From positions 186,001 through 250,000 of the forward strand of contig OZ025695.1 of assembly GCA_964019335.1 (NCBI GenBank): a stretch of 64,000 nucleotides of DNA, given 5' to 3'. The translations under genes were made by a program, and so were the position numbers. Under the pieces are notes generated by a model that saw only the letters and a program-made list of their open reading frames with translations, did not search any database and was not told the DNA's origin. Position 1 is the first letter of the stretch; every line of letters starts with the position of its first letter. The stretch is from Diplonema japonicum (taxonomy: Eukaryota; Protista; Euglenozoa: Diplonemea). Below, piece by piece: positions 33,477 through 45,207 of this stretch.

Positions 33477-35921
33477 TCAATCCTTCAAATCGTCGATGTG
33501 AACAATGCTCTCAGCAGGTTTTTCAAAGAGCTTCTCGATAAATGTTTTTTTCGACTCCCCGGTCGCGCCGGTTCTGAAGGAGAGGGAAGACGAAGCTGTG
33601 GGTGAAGACGAGAGCTCGGCCTTGGGCCACAAGGGGTTAGGGTGCTGAGATGATATGGGCGATAAAGAATTCCTTATCCGCCGCTCCTTCTCAAGCTCCG
33701 TTTTGGTGTGAGCCAACTGCTGGCGAAGCTCGTCCTCAGTGGCTGTAACAGACCGAGAGCGCGCGGCGTCACGGAGTGCTGCTGCAGCCAGTTCCAAGTT
33801 TTGAGCAGCGATCAGATCAGGGGACTGCGGCCTCTCCTGCAGCTCTCCCCTTGCAAAGCTTGGATTCTTCTGCCTTCCAGCACTCAACAAAGGCTCAACA
33901 AGCCCAGATGACTGGCTCCCCACCAACGGGTCGGGCATCGACCAGTCATTTTTCTTCATCTGCCTGTCTTGCAAAAGGCTTCCAAGCCCAGTTGGAAACG
34001 CATGTTCCTTAGACAGCCTTTTAGTAGGGCTTCCGAAATGCAATGGACTGCCTGGTCCCAGCGACGCTCCGTCCCAACGGTCGCCCATCTGAAACCCTCC
34101 CGTTATGATGTCAAGCGACCGTCCTTTTCCAAAGAATCCGTGAATCAAGGATTTGATTATAGGAGAACGCATGTACCTGCAGGACTCCCGTTCCGTGAGA
34201 ACAGTGATGCATGTGTGGATGATGGATATTCTGTTGGCGATTGACTTCCAAGCCTTTGTCGCCTTCATGTGTTGTGAGGTGGTGTCGGGTATGGCGAACA
34301 AACGCGAGTTATCGCCAAGCTGTATTGTTGTGAATGAAGAGGGTACCATGCACACGGCCTTCACGACGGGGATGCCGTGGCCGGTGGGGGATGACGGTTC
34401 GGACTCGCAAGACTTCGCCGTACCATGCAGCAGAACGTAGATAGTCCCACGCTTCAAAACGATCTCTTCGCTTGTTTCTGATATGATGGACCCGCCATTG
34501 CACAGTTCGGCTAGGTCTTTTCTGTTAAACTTTTGGAAGTCACCCGTTTGCGCCAACACCTTTTGCGAAGCATCAACACCTGCTGTGTACCACATCGCAT
34601 TCAGCATGACAGGGTACTGCCTTGCAATCGTCATCAGCTCACTATGCGGTATGGACAGAACAGTTAAGTCTGTGTCTGCAGTTGCTGTGTTATGTTGTGT
34701 CTCAAGAGACCCGTCGTTGAGGGCGTGGAATAAACCCACAGTATGCCCTGGGCCTAGATAGTATTGGGTCCCCATTACGTTCTCCTTTCCGACACCTGTT
34801 AGGATGATGACGGTGTTGCCCGGTTCGCAGATGATGCTTCCTTTTCCTACAGTTTTGTTCTCTGATCTCGTGAGGAGCTTTCGGAGGGCAGATTCGTCCT
34901 TTGATGCCCATGGTACTTGTTGTAGGACCTCAGATGCGTCTGGTGGGTTCATCTGTTTTGTGGTGTCGCGTTTTAAAACCTCCATGTTCTTTTCAATCTG
35001 CTCGATGAGGATCGTCCCGTCACCGGGTTCCAACCTCCCACCGGAGATCTCCTTTTCCACCGCGTCTCTTGAACGGTTCAACACGACACGGGAGGCCTGT
35101 TTTGTTTTGATAGCCACTGCAACCTTTGGACGCTGTACTTCATGCTCGCCCAGCAACGCCAAACCTTCAGAACGTTCTTGTTTGCAATGGTCTCTAATAC
35201 GGTTCACTGTTTCTTGGGGAAGGTTGAAGCTCCCTATCTTTCGGTGGATGGCCTCGTGGGACTGAATGTACGCCGTGGTGATCTCGAACGCAACAAGCCA
35301 TCGCTTCGCCTCCAAATTACCTTCAAGCGAGCTTTTCAGCCCATAGCACGGGACCACGAACGCCTGGATGCGGTCCACGAAAGATGGTTTGAAGAGGTCG
35401 TGGAGCATAGTGGTGTGGAGGAGGGCGGAGGACTTTTTGAACTTCTCAGATTGAATCTGCGCTTTGTTCGCGTCGCGCACCACCTGAGACTTCTCGAGCA
35501 GCCATCTTGTCGATGAGGCCTGAAGCGTTCCCTGGTGGTTCAGATGCCACAGCTCTGCAATGAACACCTTAAAGTACGCGTCCCTTCCCATTGTGAACGA
35601 GTCGGTCATGCTATCGCCGTCACACCCACCATACGGGTCCTCCGCTCGCTCTACCGTGAAGTGCCTCACTTGCGACCAGTTTGCCATTGCCATCACGCTC
35701 TCCGAAGCCAGCTCGTGGATTGTCCTTTCCTGTTCCTTCACTGCGACTTCGTGGGCGTCGCTCATCGCTTTCTTCCGAGTTGTCGGGATGTCCGCCAAAC
35801 CCAGCCGCTTCACCAAGTACCCCGTTGAGATCCCGTTTACGACCAGCGTCAGGATCACAATGCCGCTTCCGAAAAAGATGAAGTGAGGTCCTAGATGCGG
35901 GTGGCTGGAAAAAAAAAATTG

Positions 35922-35954
<33 letters not shown>

Positions 35955-36056
35955 CCCTCACATACCTGCAGGCAATGTCTTGGTCGTTCTCAACTATCAG
36001 AACCAACGCCAACCCCACTGCTCCACGGAGGCCACCCCATGTCACCAGTGCGCTGT

Positions 36057-36106
<50 letters not shown>

Positions 36107-37359
36107 CTTTCATACCCATTATTCATATCCAGTTTGTACCGGAACTTTCTCAAGATGGGGCTCAACACCAGCAAAACAACCGCGCGAACCGCATTTATGA
36201 TGAGGTACATGAGGAGGAGCCAGCCGTAGTCGGAAGCAGAGATGTCCGAGAAGGCCTTCTTGGAGACAATAAGCCCGGCCAGCGAGAAGATAACGGTGTT
36301 GGCCATGAAAACAAGAATGCCCCAGAATCCATGGAGCATGTGCTCAACCTCGGGAGAGAAACACTGACGATGCATAGAAAGGTAAAGACCGAGTAAGACA
36401 AGCGCGAGGACACCAGAGATATGAAGAACACCCTCTGCGACGAAAAAAGTGATGTACGCGGCAGCTACCGACAGCGTGACCTCGATGTAAGGGTCGTTGA
36501 AAACCCGTGAAAGAAGCCCCTCCAAAATAACAGCCACAATGACACCCAAGATAGGCCCCCCGATGGAAATCCGGAACAGCTCCCATACAATCTCACCCGC
36601 GCTTTTATCAAGAACACCGCTGGGAACAGCGTCCTTTAGAATCGTGAAAATTACAATGGCGGTTCCATCATTGAAAAGCGACTCGCCTTCAATCAATGTC
36701 GACACCTCTGCACTACAGCCCAACTCCTTTAACAGAGCCACGACCGCCACTGGATCCGTTGCCGAAAGAATAGCACCAAGGAGTAAACATGTCACCCATG
36801 ACCATCCATACGGGTCGGAAGCTGGTAGAATAAGTTTTGCAAGGCTTGCCGTACACCCTGACGCAATGACGATCCCCGGCCCTGCCAGAAGAATGCAATG
36901 CGGGGCAACCTTTTTGAACACATGCCCGTCTATAGAAAACGCGGATTCGAAGATCAAGATGGGCAGGAAAATGTAGAAGATAAGATGCGGGTCGATGTCC
37001 GCGAGCTCCGTTCCGTTGTCCAAAAAGTTGTCGTTCTCCTCCCCGATCGTGGACAGGAACCCGTACAGCAGCCCTACTAGAAACACCAAAATTGTGTAAG
37101 GCACCCTTGCAACCACAGTACCCTCCTTTGCGGCCCATCGGAGCAACGCCCCGATCCCAATAGCACTTGCAAGCGCCATCACACTGTATGGCGGCTTCAG
37201 AGAGTCGGCATGGTACGTGTGGGACTTGTCCTGACACGCGTCAATGGTAAGGCACACATCGTTCACCCTTGCGCAGAAATATATGTGTGTTGCGGTGTCT
37301 AAAGGTGTCACTGTCGCCGTGGGCAACAGTGTTAGAGTGGAAGTTGCGTTGATACTCAT
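33477..37359 (-). CDS. SOS1/NHX7-like Na+/H+ antiporter with cytosolic cNMP-binding-like domains, 3 exons (37359-36116, 36052-35966, 35904-33477)
   Basis: FLPILIFESAF, SATDPVAVVALLKELG, IEGESLFNDG; spliced junctions NNG-ALVTWGGLRGAVGLAL and DIACS-HPHLGPHFIFFGSGIVILTLVVNG. Confidence 0.92.
35905..35965 (-). other. 61-nt intron, A-tracts followed by a short U-tract
   Basis: GTATGTGAGGG-A20-GAG-A10-CAA-T10-CCAG; repairs a frameshift. Confidence 0.9.
36053..36115 (-). other. 63-nt poly(A) intron
   Basis: GTATGAAAGGGGT-A44-CCACAG; removes a poly-Lys insert just before the TM helix WGGLRGAV. Confidence 0.88.
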
Positions 37360-37470
37360 ATTCTCTTTCTACACATATTCTGTGGGGAGGGGGTAACTAA
37401 AGGTGGGGAAAGGAATACAAAAAAAAAAAGAAAGACACACTATGGGTCAGAAGGGTGGGGAGAAAAAAAA

Positions 37471-37501
<31 letters not shown>

Positions 37502-37513
37502 CCTTCTTTCTTT

Positions 37514-37999
37514 TCAAACACGCTTGAACTCGAAGGCTAGCTCCTGGATGCTGACCTCGCACGCTGCCTGGTCGTCATAGTCGAACCACGCACCGTCGTC
37601 GAACTCGATATCTTCGAATTTTGTTTTTTCCTCCGCGCCGTACGCAATGAACTCGGACGCTGACTGGTCGATGTTCCACCCCTTAGGTTCCAGGTCTCTG
37701 CACTCCAGTTCGCACACGGGTGCGAATGTCCCTGCCTGGTCGGCTGTGTACACGAAATCTTTGTCGAACTTCTCGATCTTGATGGTGCCGTGTCGCTTGT
37801 CCCCCACCTTCACACACACGTGGCATGTCCCTCTTGAGTTGGGGATGCCCAGCTCCTCCTCTTGTGTCACCCACAAGTTGGGGAACTCCTCCCCGCCGCT
37901 GGGGTGCTCGCACGCCAGGTTGAACCTGAAGTCTGTCCCGAATGTCAATTTCTCGACTCCTTCCATCTGCGCCTTGAACCTCACCTGATACCTCGGCAT
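37514..37999 (-). CDS. CZIB: DUF866 / CZIB (C1orf123)-like protein
   Basis: 161 aa; FKAQMEGV, IPNSRGT, LECRDLEP, WFDYDD and VSIQELAFEF match the family pattern. Confidence 0.82.
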   Translation of the reverse strand: MPRYQVRFKAQMEGVEKLTFGTDFRFNLACEHPSGGEEFPNLWVTQEEELGIPNSRGTCHVCVKVGDKRHGTIKIEKFDKDFVYTADQAGTFAPVCELECRDLEPKGWNIDQSASEFIAYGAEEKTKFEDIEFDDGAWFDYDDQAACEVSIQELAFEFKRV

Positions 38000-38316
38000 T
38001 TTGTTTGTGCAGGTTATCTGTGAATTTATTTTCTATTTTTTTTGTTTTCAAAAACGAAAAGAAAGGGGGGGGAAAGGACCGAAAAAGAAAAAAAAAGAAG
38101 AAACCGCTGGGAAACATGGTGAAGGGGCGCGAGGGTTACAAAAAAAAAGAAGAAGAAGAAAAAAAAGAGGGGTAGGAGTTGGGTGGGGAAAATGGGAAAC
38201 AGTGGAGGATTGGGGAAACAATCTTTTTTCTTTCCTTTTTTTTTTTTTTTTCTCTCTTTTTTTTTTTTTTTTTTTTTTTTCTCTTTTTTTTTTTTTTTTT
38301 GCTTTTTGTTTTCGTT

Positions 38317-39543
38317 TTATATCATATTCGTGTCCCTCTGTGGATACCTTGACACACCCCCTTCTAGTCTGTACGCGAAGTCCCTCAAGTCGTGCGAGGC
38401 AAAGGAAAGGTATGGAGTCCCGTTCAGGTGGTAGCAGAGTTTAACAGCGTCACGGACCCAAGCGACGATGAAGCCGCCTTTAACACTCTTGAGAGGGTTG
38501 GCAGGGGTAACAGAAACGTCTCCCGAGTGCAGGACCTTGCAGGTGAAGGTTTGGTTAAGAGAGGCAATGCTAACCTGGCCTTGCAGGATGACGTCGAAAC
38601 CATCGGCCATGAGACTGTCTATGATCATAAAACTGCGGAGGGAAGCCCAGTTCCCACTCCACACAGCCCATTTGCATGTGTCCAGCTGGATGGAACCACC
38701 GTTGCCGACACCTATGTACCCGTCGCCGACAGAGCTGTACTCGTCCACTTGTGAAGTAACGAAGTGGAGGAGCCCTTCGCATGCGTCGGCTTCTGAAGCC
38801 TTCATGTTCCCTAGTGCAGTTTGTCTCAATGAAGGGGACGATGGTGCAGGGGGGTACACCACCTGCGGCTGCGGTGGAGGCTGGTGGTGGTGGTGGTGTG
38901 CTTGTCGGTAACGCGTGCCTTGTGAGCAACCTCCGCACAAACCCCAGTCGCACGTCCCGCACCACTTGAACCCTCCTTGTGTCATCTCGTCTACTGTGCC
39001 CCTGTTGTTGCAACCCCCATCGCAGGAAACTTCCATTTTGCGGTATTTTCTCAACTCCGGTGGGATTGGTTTCAACTGGTCACCACAGTGGATGCAAAAC
39101 GGCGGGGATGCTTGTGGTGTGTGTGTTCGAGACACTGGAGCTGGTGGAACTGAAACCTGAGCCGGAGGAGGTGGTGATGCGGCAATGGGAGTCCTCGGTG
39201 CCGCAGGAGGTGGTGGCGGCGATGTAGCTGGCGGTGGAGAAACCTCCTCAGTCTCCATCATATAGAAGTCCTCGAAACTTTCTCCAAAATAAAACATGAA
39301 CTCGGCCCTCAGCGCGCTCCAATCGCAGAACCCTCCGGGAGGGTGTAGAGCGCCGTACCTCAAAAACTCAAGAATATATCGAAAATACACCCCATCTCTG
39401 TCTATGAACACACGCCCCGTGTCGTCCTTCCCATGATTCCCAGTGTTCGCTGCCACATCGTAAAGGTACCCAGGCCGGGACCTTAGGGTATCTGCCGTGG
39501 TGTCGAAGGTGACACCCCCGACATTCAATCTGATAACGCTCAT
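38317..39543 (-). CDS. KCTD-type BTB/POZ protein with Pro-rich linker and Cys-rich (ZZ-like) finger
   Basis: IRLNVGGVTFDTT, FIDRDGVYFRYILEFLR, LRAEFMFY; CDGGC...CGTCDWGLCGGC. May extend 5' to ATG 39744 through an intron. Confidence 0.85.
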   Translation of the reverse strand: MSVIRLNVGGVTFDTTADTLRSRPGYLYDVAANTGNHGKDDTGRVFIDRDGVYFRYILEFLRYGALHPPGGFCDWSALRAEFMFYFGESFEDFYMMETEEVSPPPATSPPPPPAAPRTPIAASPPPPAQVSVPPAPVSRTHTPQASPPFCIHCGDQLKPIPPELRKYRKMEVSCDGGCNNRGTVDEMTQGGFKWCGTCDWGLCGGCSQGTRYRQAHHHHHQPPPQPQVVYPPAPSSPSLRQTALGNMKASEADACEGLLHFVTSQVDEYSSVGDGYIGVGNGGSIQLDTCKWAVWSGNWASLRSFMIIDSLMADGFDVILQGQVSIASLNQTFTCKVLHSGDVSVTPANPLKSVKGGFIVAWVRDAVKLCYHLNGTPYLSFASHDLRDFAYRLEGGVSRYPQRDTNMI

Positions 39544-39561
39544 ACTAAAGCGACCATGATA

Positions 39562-39615
39562 CTTGTTCTTTTTTTTTTTTTTTTCTCCTTTTTTTTTTTT
39601 TTTTTTTATTATTAC
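39562..39615 (-). other. Probable 54-nt poly(A) intron (5'UTR or coding)
   Basis: GTAATAAT-An-GGAG-An-GAACAAG; in frame with the upstream ATG at 39744. Confidence 0.45.
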
Positions 39616-40019
39616 CAACGATTCTAAAGCTACAGTTTTCTGTACTTTATTGGTATCGACCGTGTCAATAAAGGAACCAGGTAGAACGGCCGTATCCAAG
39701 AGACACTTGACCCTCGAGAAAATCCGACAAGGCGCATCCGCCATTTTACGGAGAGTTCAGCTGTTGAAAGAAAGACCCAGCCTATGACGGGTTTACGTAA
39801 AGGGACAAAATGAGGCGAAAGCTATCAATGTCTTAAAGGTTATCCTGAGACCTTCTCGCGACGGCGACATCTCCAAGGAGGCAGACCTTGTGGAAGGTTA
39901 CACCTTTTTTTTTATTATTCCTAGCTTTTTTTTTTTTTCCCCCGCAAAAAAAGGAAAAGAAGAAGAAGAAAAAACACACTCCGCTCAAAACCTCTTTTCT
40001 TTTTTTAAAAAGAAAAAAT

Positions 40020-41093
40020 CTAATCGGTGCAAGCCCACATAGGTGGCTGTTTCGGTTCCCACTCGAATGCCTCTGGGAATCCACTGTACTCAGCCGCTCT
40101 CTGTTTGTTATACATGAAGAACAAGTGCGGTGACCACCAGTTCAAAAACATAGGTCCAATTTCCATCGGTGGTTTTTGAGCCCCCGCCATATGAGAAAAC
40201 TTCACGATCCACTCATTGGATGAGGCAGGAGAGTTGTCCACAAGATTGTAAATACCGGGGCTTGCGGTGGTGTTGGTGACGGCTTTGCAAACGGCCTCGG
40301 CTGCATCATCCACGTGGATGAAGGACCACACACCGGTACCAGGCGCGCAAATTCTGAGCTGACCGTTCTCAGCGTCTTTACGCATCTCCCCGCCTTTTCC
40401 GAAAGTCGTTCCGGGGCCATAGAGATATCCTAATCGAAGGATTACTGAGTCGCCGTACTTGTACGAACCATGCAACCGCTCAGACCGGTAGCATGCCATG
40501 TTGAATCCCCTCAGTAAAGGGACAGAAGAATCGACGTTGGGTAGCTCTAGAGGGGAGCTTTGAGGGTTCACCGAAGGGATCATGTGACGAGTCTCTACCT
40601 TATAGTCTGAATATTGTCCGGGGAATTCCTCCTTGATCCCGATCGCCTCCGTGCTTTTGACGTCTAAACTGGTTTTTTCATTATCGACCTTGGTCATCGA
40701 CATCCCCGTGGTGCAAAAATAGGCAGAGGTGGAGATCATTCTTGTAGGTCGGATCTTCTCGGCTGCCTTGACGATGCCTTTAGTGGCGTGAAGGATGAGA
40801 TCATTGTGGTCATCGAGGATGTGCGTTCCTTTCCACGCTCCAGGAAGCCTCTCGGGCATCTTTGACACCATGTTAACCACTATTTCCGGTCCTACCTTTT
40901 CAAACACGCGTTCTACGTCGTCCTTCGACCTGACGTCAAGTTGCATTGGGGTCGCTCCTGCCTTTGTGATGTCCTCGAAGCCTCTCCCGGACATCCCTGT
41001 TCCTACCACTTTGAATCTGCTCTTCGCAAGCTTTTCAACCACCCTCCGTCCGAGGACGCCCGTCCCGCCCAACACAAGAACCTTTCCTGACAT
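40020..41093 (-). CDS. NAD-dependent epimerase/dehydratase (extended or atypical SDR)
   Basis: VLVLGGTGVLG, ILRLGYLYGPG, WSFIHVDDAAEAV, GIYNLVD. Confidence 0.9.
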   Translation of the reverse strand: MSGKVLVLGGTGVLGRRVVEKLAKSRFKVVGTGMSGRGFEDITKAGATPMQLDVRSKDDVERVFEKVGPEIVVNMVSKMPERLPGAWKGTHILDDHNDLILHATKGIVKAAEKIRPTRMISTSAYFCTTGMSMTKVDNEKTSLDVKSTEAIGIKEEFPGQYSDYKVETRHMIPSVNPQSSPLELPNVDSSVPLLRGFNMACYRSERLHGSYKYGDSVILRLGYLYGPGTTFGKGGEMRKDAENGQLRICAPGTGVWSFIHVDDAAEAVCKAVTNTTASPGIYNLVDNSPASSNEWIVKFSHMAGAQKPPMEIGPMFLNWWSPHLFFMYNKQRAAEYSGFPEAFEWEPKQPPMWACTD

Positions 41094-41404
41094 TGATTCG
41101 AAATATTTTTTTTTCTTTTTTTTACTGTTGTTTGCGCTTTTATATATCCCTGGGGAGAGTGGTTTGCAAACTTTCCAAAAACAACATCTAATAAAGAAGG
41201 GAAGGGGGGGGGGGGGGGGGTAGGTGTTAATGTCTAACAGTTAAGATCTAATGGGGGGGGGTCTATAAAAAAAAGGGTCGGTGATTGTTTGTGCAGAACC
41301 GTTTTCGCCCACAGTAAGGATATACGGACAAGTTGCCTCTTTAAAAACAAGAAGAAGAAGAAAAAAAAAAAACACCTTTTTAAAAAAACAGACTGAGCAG
41401 AAAA

Positions 41405-42709
41405 TCACATATTACGAAAAAGCAAGTCGTCCATCGGCAGCGGGATATCCAGATTCGACGGTATTTTCAAGCACGCAATCTTATCGAGCAACACCGGGAT
41501 GGAAGGGCGGGTGGAAGCCGAGAGAAAGCAAGGTGCCAAGATGGGGTCCCACAGCGTTGAAGGGCAGGCCGGCGGGCAGGTGAAGAGAGGCGTACCACTG
41601 GTGGCTTTTTCAAGGATCTCATCCTGAACCGCCTTCTGCGTGGTGCCCTTGAAAGCCTGCTCGTTGCAGTAGGTGACCAACTCCCACAAGACAACACCAA
41701 AGCTCCACACATCGTTCTCTTTACTAAAGGTTCGACTGTTCACTGACTCGGGGCTTGTGAACTCAAGCAAAGGAGGTGCTCTAGTAAGCCCGTATCTACG
41801 CACCCACACACCAGTGCTAGCAGTGATGTATGGGGTGGGCTGGATAACAATCTGCAAGCTTGACAAATCTCTATGGGTTATGCCGTGTTCGTGAAGCGTC
41901 TTCAGCCCCTCAGCGATCTTCCTTGCAACCACCACAACCTCTGCTGCAGAGAAGCCGTTCCCGCTTTTGAACCTTCTCTTCGTGTACTGCTGCAGCGTGA
42001 CAGAACCGTCGCATCTCTCGGCCACCGCGTACAACCCAAGGGGAGAGTACGCCCCGCCGACGAATTTCAAAAGGTTCCGCGCGTCCTCCGCAACGCTTTT
42101 CAAATGCCTCAACATCTCAAGATGCACCCCGCTGTGGCCGTAATCAGTACCATTGTGAAGCAGAAGCAGCTCGACAGGACGGCCTTCATAAGTTGCTTCA
42201 ATAAGAATATCTGCCGATGCCTTCGCCTTCCCAGGCTTGATCACTTTCTTATTCTCAAAGAGATGGTACTGAATGTGTGTAGGATCCCCGTCTGGGGACG
42301 GTTGGGGGATGGGTGACAGATCTGGCTCGAGTTCAATGGCAGGGGTTGCAGGGAGCTGTTTTGATTGCGTCCTGAGATGGGTTAAGTCCGCAATTATCGT
42401 GGATTTCAAGGCAGCAAGCTGGTTCTGCAGCATCGCTACCTGATCACGAAGAACGTCACAATTCGGACAGTCATCATAGCCCATGTGCTCGGTATCACTG
42501 CACATTGACGAGGACATCATGCTGACGTCAAAGGAGGCTCCTAAAGACAAAGCAGGCTTGCCCCCAGGTCCATGGCATGCAGACGGGACACGCTTCCTCG
42601 GAACAGGCGTCTTTGGCTTCATCGCCATGCTCCTTTCTTCCGCACACTCCGCCTCATGTCCCACGAACGACAACACACTATCGTGCACTTCTTCTTGTAC
42701 ACTTTCCAT
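41405..42709 (-). CDS. Tyrosine-kinase-like pseudokinase with N-terminal coiled coil
   Basis: HRDLSSLQI, FTSPE, NDVWSFGVVLWELVTY, CPPACP and RPS are present. There is no Gly loop, VAIK or DFG. Confidence 0.78.
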   Translation of the reverse strand: MESVQEEVHDSVLSFVGHEAECAEERSMAMKPKTPVPRKRVPSACHGPGGKPALSLGASFDVSMMSSSMCSDTEHMGYDDCPNCDVLRDQVAMLQNQLAALKSTIIADLTHLRTQSKQLPATPAIELEPDLSPIPQPSPDGDPTHIQYHLFENKKVIKPGKAKASADILIEATYEGRPVELLLLHNGTDYGHSGVHLEMLRHLKSVAEDARNLLKFVGGAYSPLGLYAVAERCDGSVTLQQYTKRRFKSGNGFSAAEVVVVARKIAEGLKTLHEHGITHRDLSSLQIVIQPTPYITASTGVWVRRYGLTRAPPLLEFTSPESVNSRTFSKENDVWSFGVVLWELVTYCNEQAFKGTTQKAVQDEILEKATSGTPLFTCPPACPSTLWDPILAPCFLSASTRPSIPVLLDKIACLKIPSNLDIPLPMDDLLFRNM

Positions 42710-43259
42710 TTTCCTCCTGTGCAGTGTGTGAAGGGGGGTGTTCAAACAAAAAACGAAATAAAGAAGAAAACAAAAATAAATTTAAAAATAAAAAAAGGGA
42801 GGGTGTTATCATATTCCTCCTCGTCCCCGTCTCCCACTTGGTATTGTCTACCACTTAACAAGCAAGAAAGGTGAAGCAGCAAGTAGCACCTTGTGGGGAC
42901 AGCTCTGATCTTTTTTTTTTCCCTAAGTTCTTTTCTTTTTTTTATTTTTTTTCCCGTTCGTTTCACCCTCCTTGGGAGGGGGGCCTCTTGCATGGTGACG
43001 AAGACGCTTTTACGGGTTTGCAGGAAGAAGAAACAGAGATCCTGTCTGGAGCCGATCCTCCTTTTCCATGAATGGGGTTTCAGGAGGTGGCAGCACCAGG
43101 CAGGGGGGAGGGGAGGGATTATGTAAAAAAAATTCACTATGATAGGAAACGAAGTGGTTAGCAACGGCCCACCAAAAAAAGAAAATACTATTATCACAAG
43201 CACACGAAAGAACGGCTAAAATCTGTTCTGTTACAACACAAGAGCCTGGATGGCTCTTA

Positions 43260-44369
43260 TCACAGGCACGGCCTTTCACAGTCGGCAGGGCGGGTGAAGA
43301 GGCTCGCGGGCTGGGAAGCAGGCTTCCAGGTGGGCACAAGGAAGTCCCACTGCTTGACTTCGCCGTTGATGTGCTCCATGAAACGCACAGGTGTGCGGAA
43401 GTCGTTGGCCAGCGCGTAGTAGTGGTTGTCATACATACCCTTCTTGAACCACTCATCCACCTGGTACCCATTCACAGTGCTGCGGCCCACGTACGACCCA
43501 CCGCCATTCTGAAGCCAGTCGGACTTCACTGCACCTGCCTGCGCCAGTTTGTGACAGCACGTAGTCTCCGACTGGATGTACATGTGCCCATCGGAGGAGT
43601 AGATCACAGTGCAAGGCTTCCCGTCCTTCACGATCCCCCTGCAGGTGGAGTCTTTCTGCCCTTCAAGGTTCTCCCAACGCGATGCCTTCTGATCGTCATC
43701 ATAGAAGTACTTCATCTGCCAGTGCGGGCCCCTGTCGGTGACATTCACAAGAACAGAGAACGCCTTCGTCTGGTTGTTCCCTCCCCATCGGGGGGCTCCT
43801 GTGTCGTTCGTGGCGGTCACATGGTGCTCAGGCTCCAAGATGGGACCATAATGGCAGTCCGTGCACGAGATCCTGCTGTTGTATGTCTCATCATGGGTGT
43901 CAATGGGGCCACTGGCAGGCATCAGGGGAAGGACAACACCGGTCGCCTTCAGGTTGCCCCTCGCCTCAGTGGGGATGTGGTGAGCCCATGCCATCAAGGC
44001 CTGAGCACACAAACCATCCCTCGTCATGTTGTATGCAGCACTACCCTTCTCCTCCCTCACATGGGCGAGGTCAATGTGGTTCCTCTTGTCGCTCTTCTTC
44101 TCATAAATGGAAGCCAGACTGCTGTCACGGTACATCAGGATCTTGCTGGTGACATCGGTGAGCTGCTCGTGGGTGAACTGCTCACAGTTGGCCACCCTGT
44201 GTCCACCCTTGACCATGTAGTCGTTGATGGAGGTGAACACTTCAGGCTTCGTCTTCGCAAGTAGACCGGAAGTCGTCCTGGGCTTCGACATCGTGGCCCT
44301 TGTGAGGTCGGATGTGCCGAGCGAAGAGGCGCAGTGCAGGGCTGCGAGAAGGAGTGTTCCGCGGAGCAT
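43260..44369 (-). CDS. Secreted CxxCH-domain plus ependymin-like-domain protein, copy 1 (type A)
   Basis: Signal peptide MLRGTLLLAALHCASS; RDGLCAQALMAWAHH; CTDCH; DWL...YVGRSTVNGYQVDEW. Confidence 0.8.
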   Translation of the reverse strand: MLRGTLLLAALHCASSLGTSDLTRATMSKPRTTSGLLAKTKPEVFTSINDYMVKGGHRVANCEQFTHEQLTDVTSKILMYRDSSLASIYEKKSDKRNHIDLAHVREEKGSAAYNMTRDGLCAQALMAWAHHIPTEARGNLKATGVVLPLMPASGPIDTHDETYNSRISCTDCHYGPILEPEHHVTATNDTGAPRWGGNNQTKAFSVLVNVTDRGPHWQMKYFYDDDQKASRWENLEGQKDSTCRGIVKDGKPCTVIYSSDGHMYIQSETTCCHKLAQAGAVKSDWLQNGGGSYVGRSTVNGYQVDEWFKKGMYDNHYYALANDFRTPVRFMEHINGEVKQWDFLVPTWKPASQPASLFTRPADCERPCL

Positions 44370-44649
44370 TTTTGATGCAGAATGGCCTGTGGTGGTTAAA
44401 GGGTGATAGTAAAAACTAAAAATGAAGGCACAACGCATTTCAAACTACATGCAAGGCTAAAAGAACAAACAATGGGCGTGGAAGCGAGGCGTGGGTCACA
44501 CACCAAGTCGAGCAAGGGATGACTTAAGTGCAGAACACGGGACTCGTCAAGCTGGAGCCAATAAGGCCATCACTAGACAAGGGGGGAAATCAAACACGCG
44601 CAGGAACAGCAAGTTCCCATTCACAACAGTTGGTAGAACGTTCATTTGG

Positions 44650-45207
44650 TTAGTACGTGGAGTTAGTGGATTTTAGCTCGCTGACGCTGTGGCAGGCCGT
44701 GCATGAGGCCTGTGCATTGTACGTCTCATCATGGGTGTCAATGGGGCCACTGGCAGGCATCAGGGGAAGGACAACACCGGTCGCCTTCAGGTTGCCCCTC
44801 GCCTCAGTGGGGATGTGGTGAGCCCATGCCATCAAGGCCTGAGCACACAAACCATCCCTCGTCATGTTGTATGCAGCACTACCCTTCTCGTGCCTATCTT
44901 GAGAGTAAACAATGCGGCCCCTCTTGTCGCTCTTCTTCTCGTAAATGGAAGCCAGGCTGCTGTCACGGTACATCAGGATCTTGCTGGTGACATCGGTGAG
45001 CTGCTCGTGGGTGAACTGCTCACAGTTGGCCACCCTGTGTCCACCCTTGACCATGTAGTCGTTGATGGAGGTGAACACTTCAGGCTTCGTCTTCGCAAGT
45101 AGACCGGAGGTCGCCCTTGGCTTCGACATCGTGGCCCTTGTGAGGTCGGATGTGCTGAGGGAAGAGACGCAGTGCAGGGCTGCGAGAAGGAGTGTTCCGC
45201 GGAGCAT
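44650..45207 (-). CDS. Secreted stand-alone CxxCH-domain protein, copy 2 (type B, 185 aa)
   Basis: Near-identical N-terminal domain; ends 12 residues after CTACH. Confidence 0.75.
   Translation of the reverse strand: MLRGTLLLAALHCVSSLSTSDLTRATMSKPRATSGLLAKTKPEVFTSINDYMVKGGHRVANCEQFTHEQLTDVTSKILMYRDSSLASIYEKKSDKRGRIVYSQDRHEKGSAAYNMTRDGLCAQALMAWAHHIPTEARGNLKATGVVLPLMPASGPIDTHDETYNAQASCTACHSVSELKSTNSTY

Noticed and set aside
27438-33605. Poly-Lys and poly-Phe ORFs in spacers (also 6445-7401 and 60488-61008)
   Set aside because: They are translations of A/T homopolymers that lack stops by composition.
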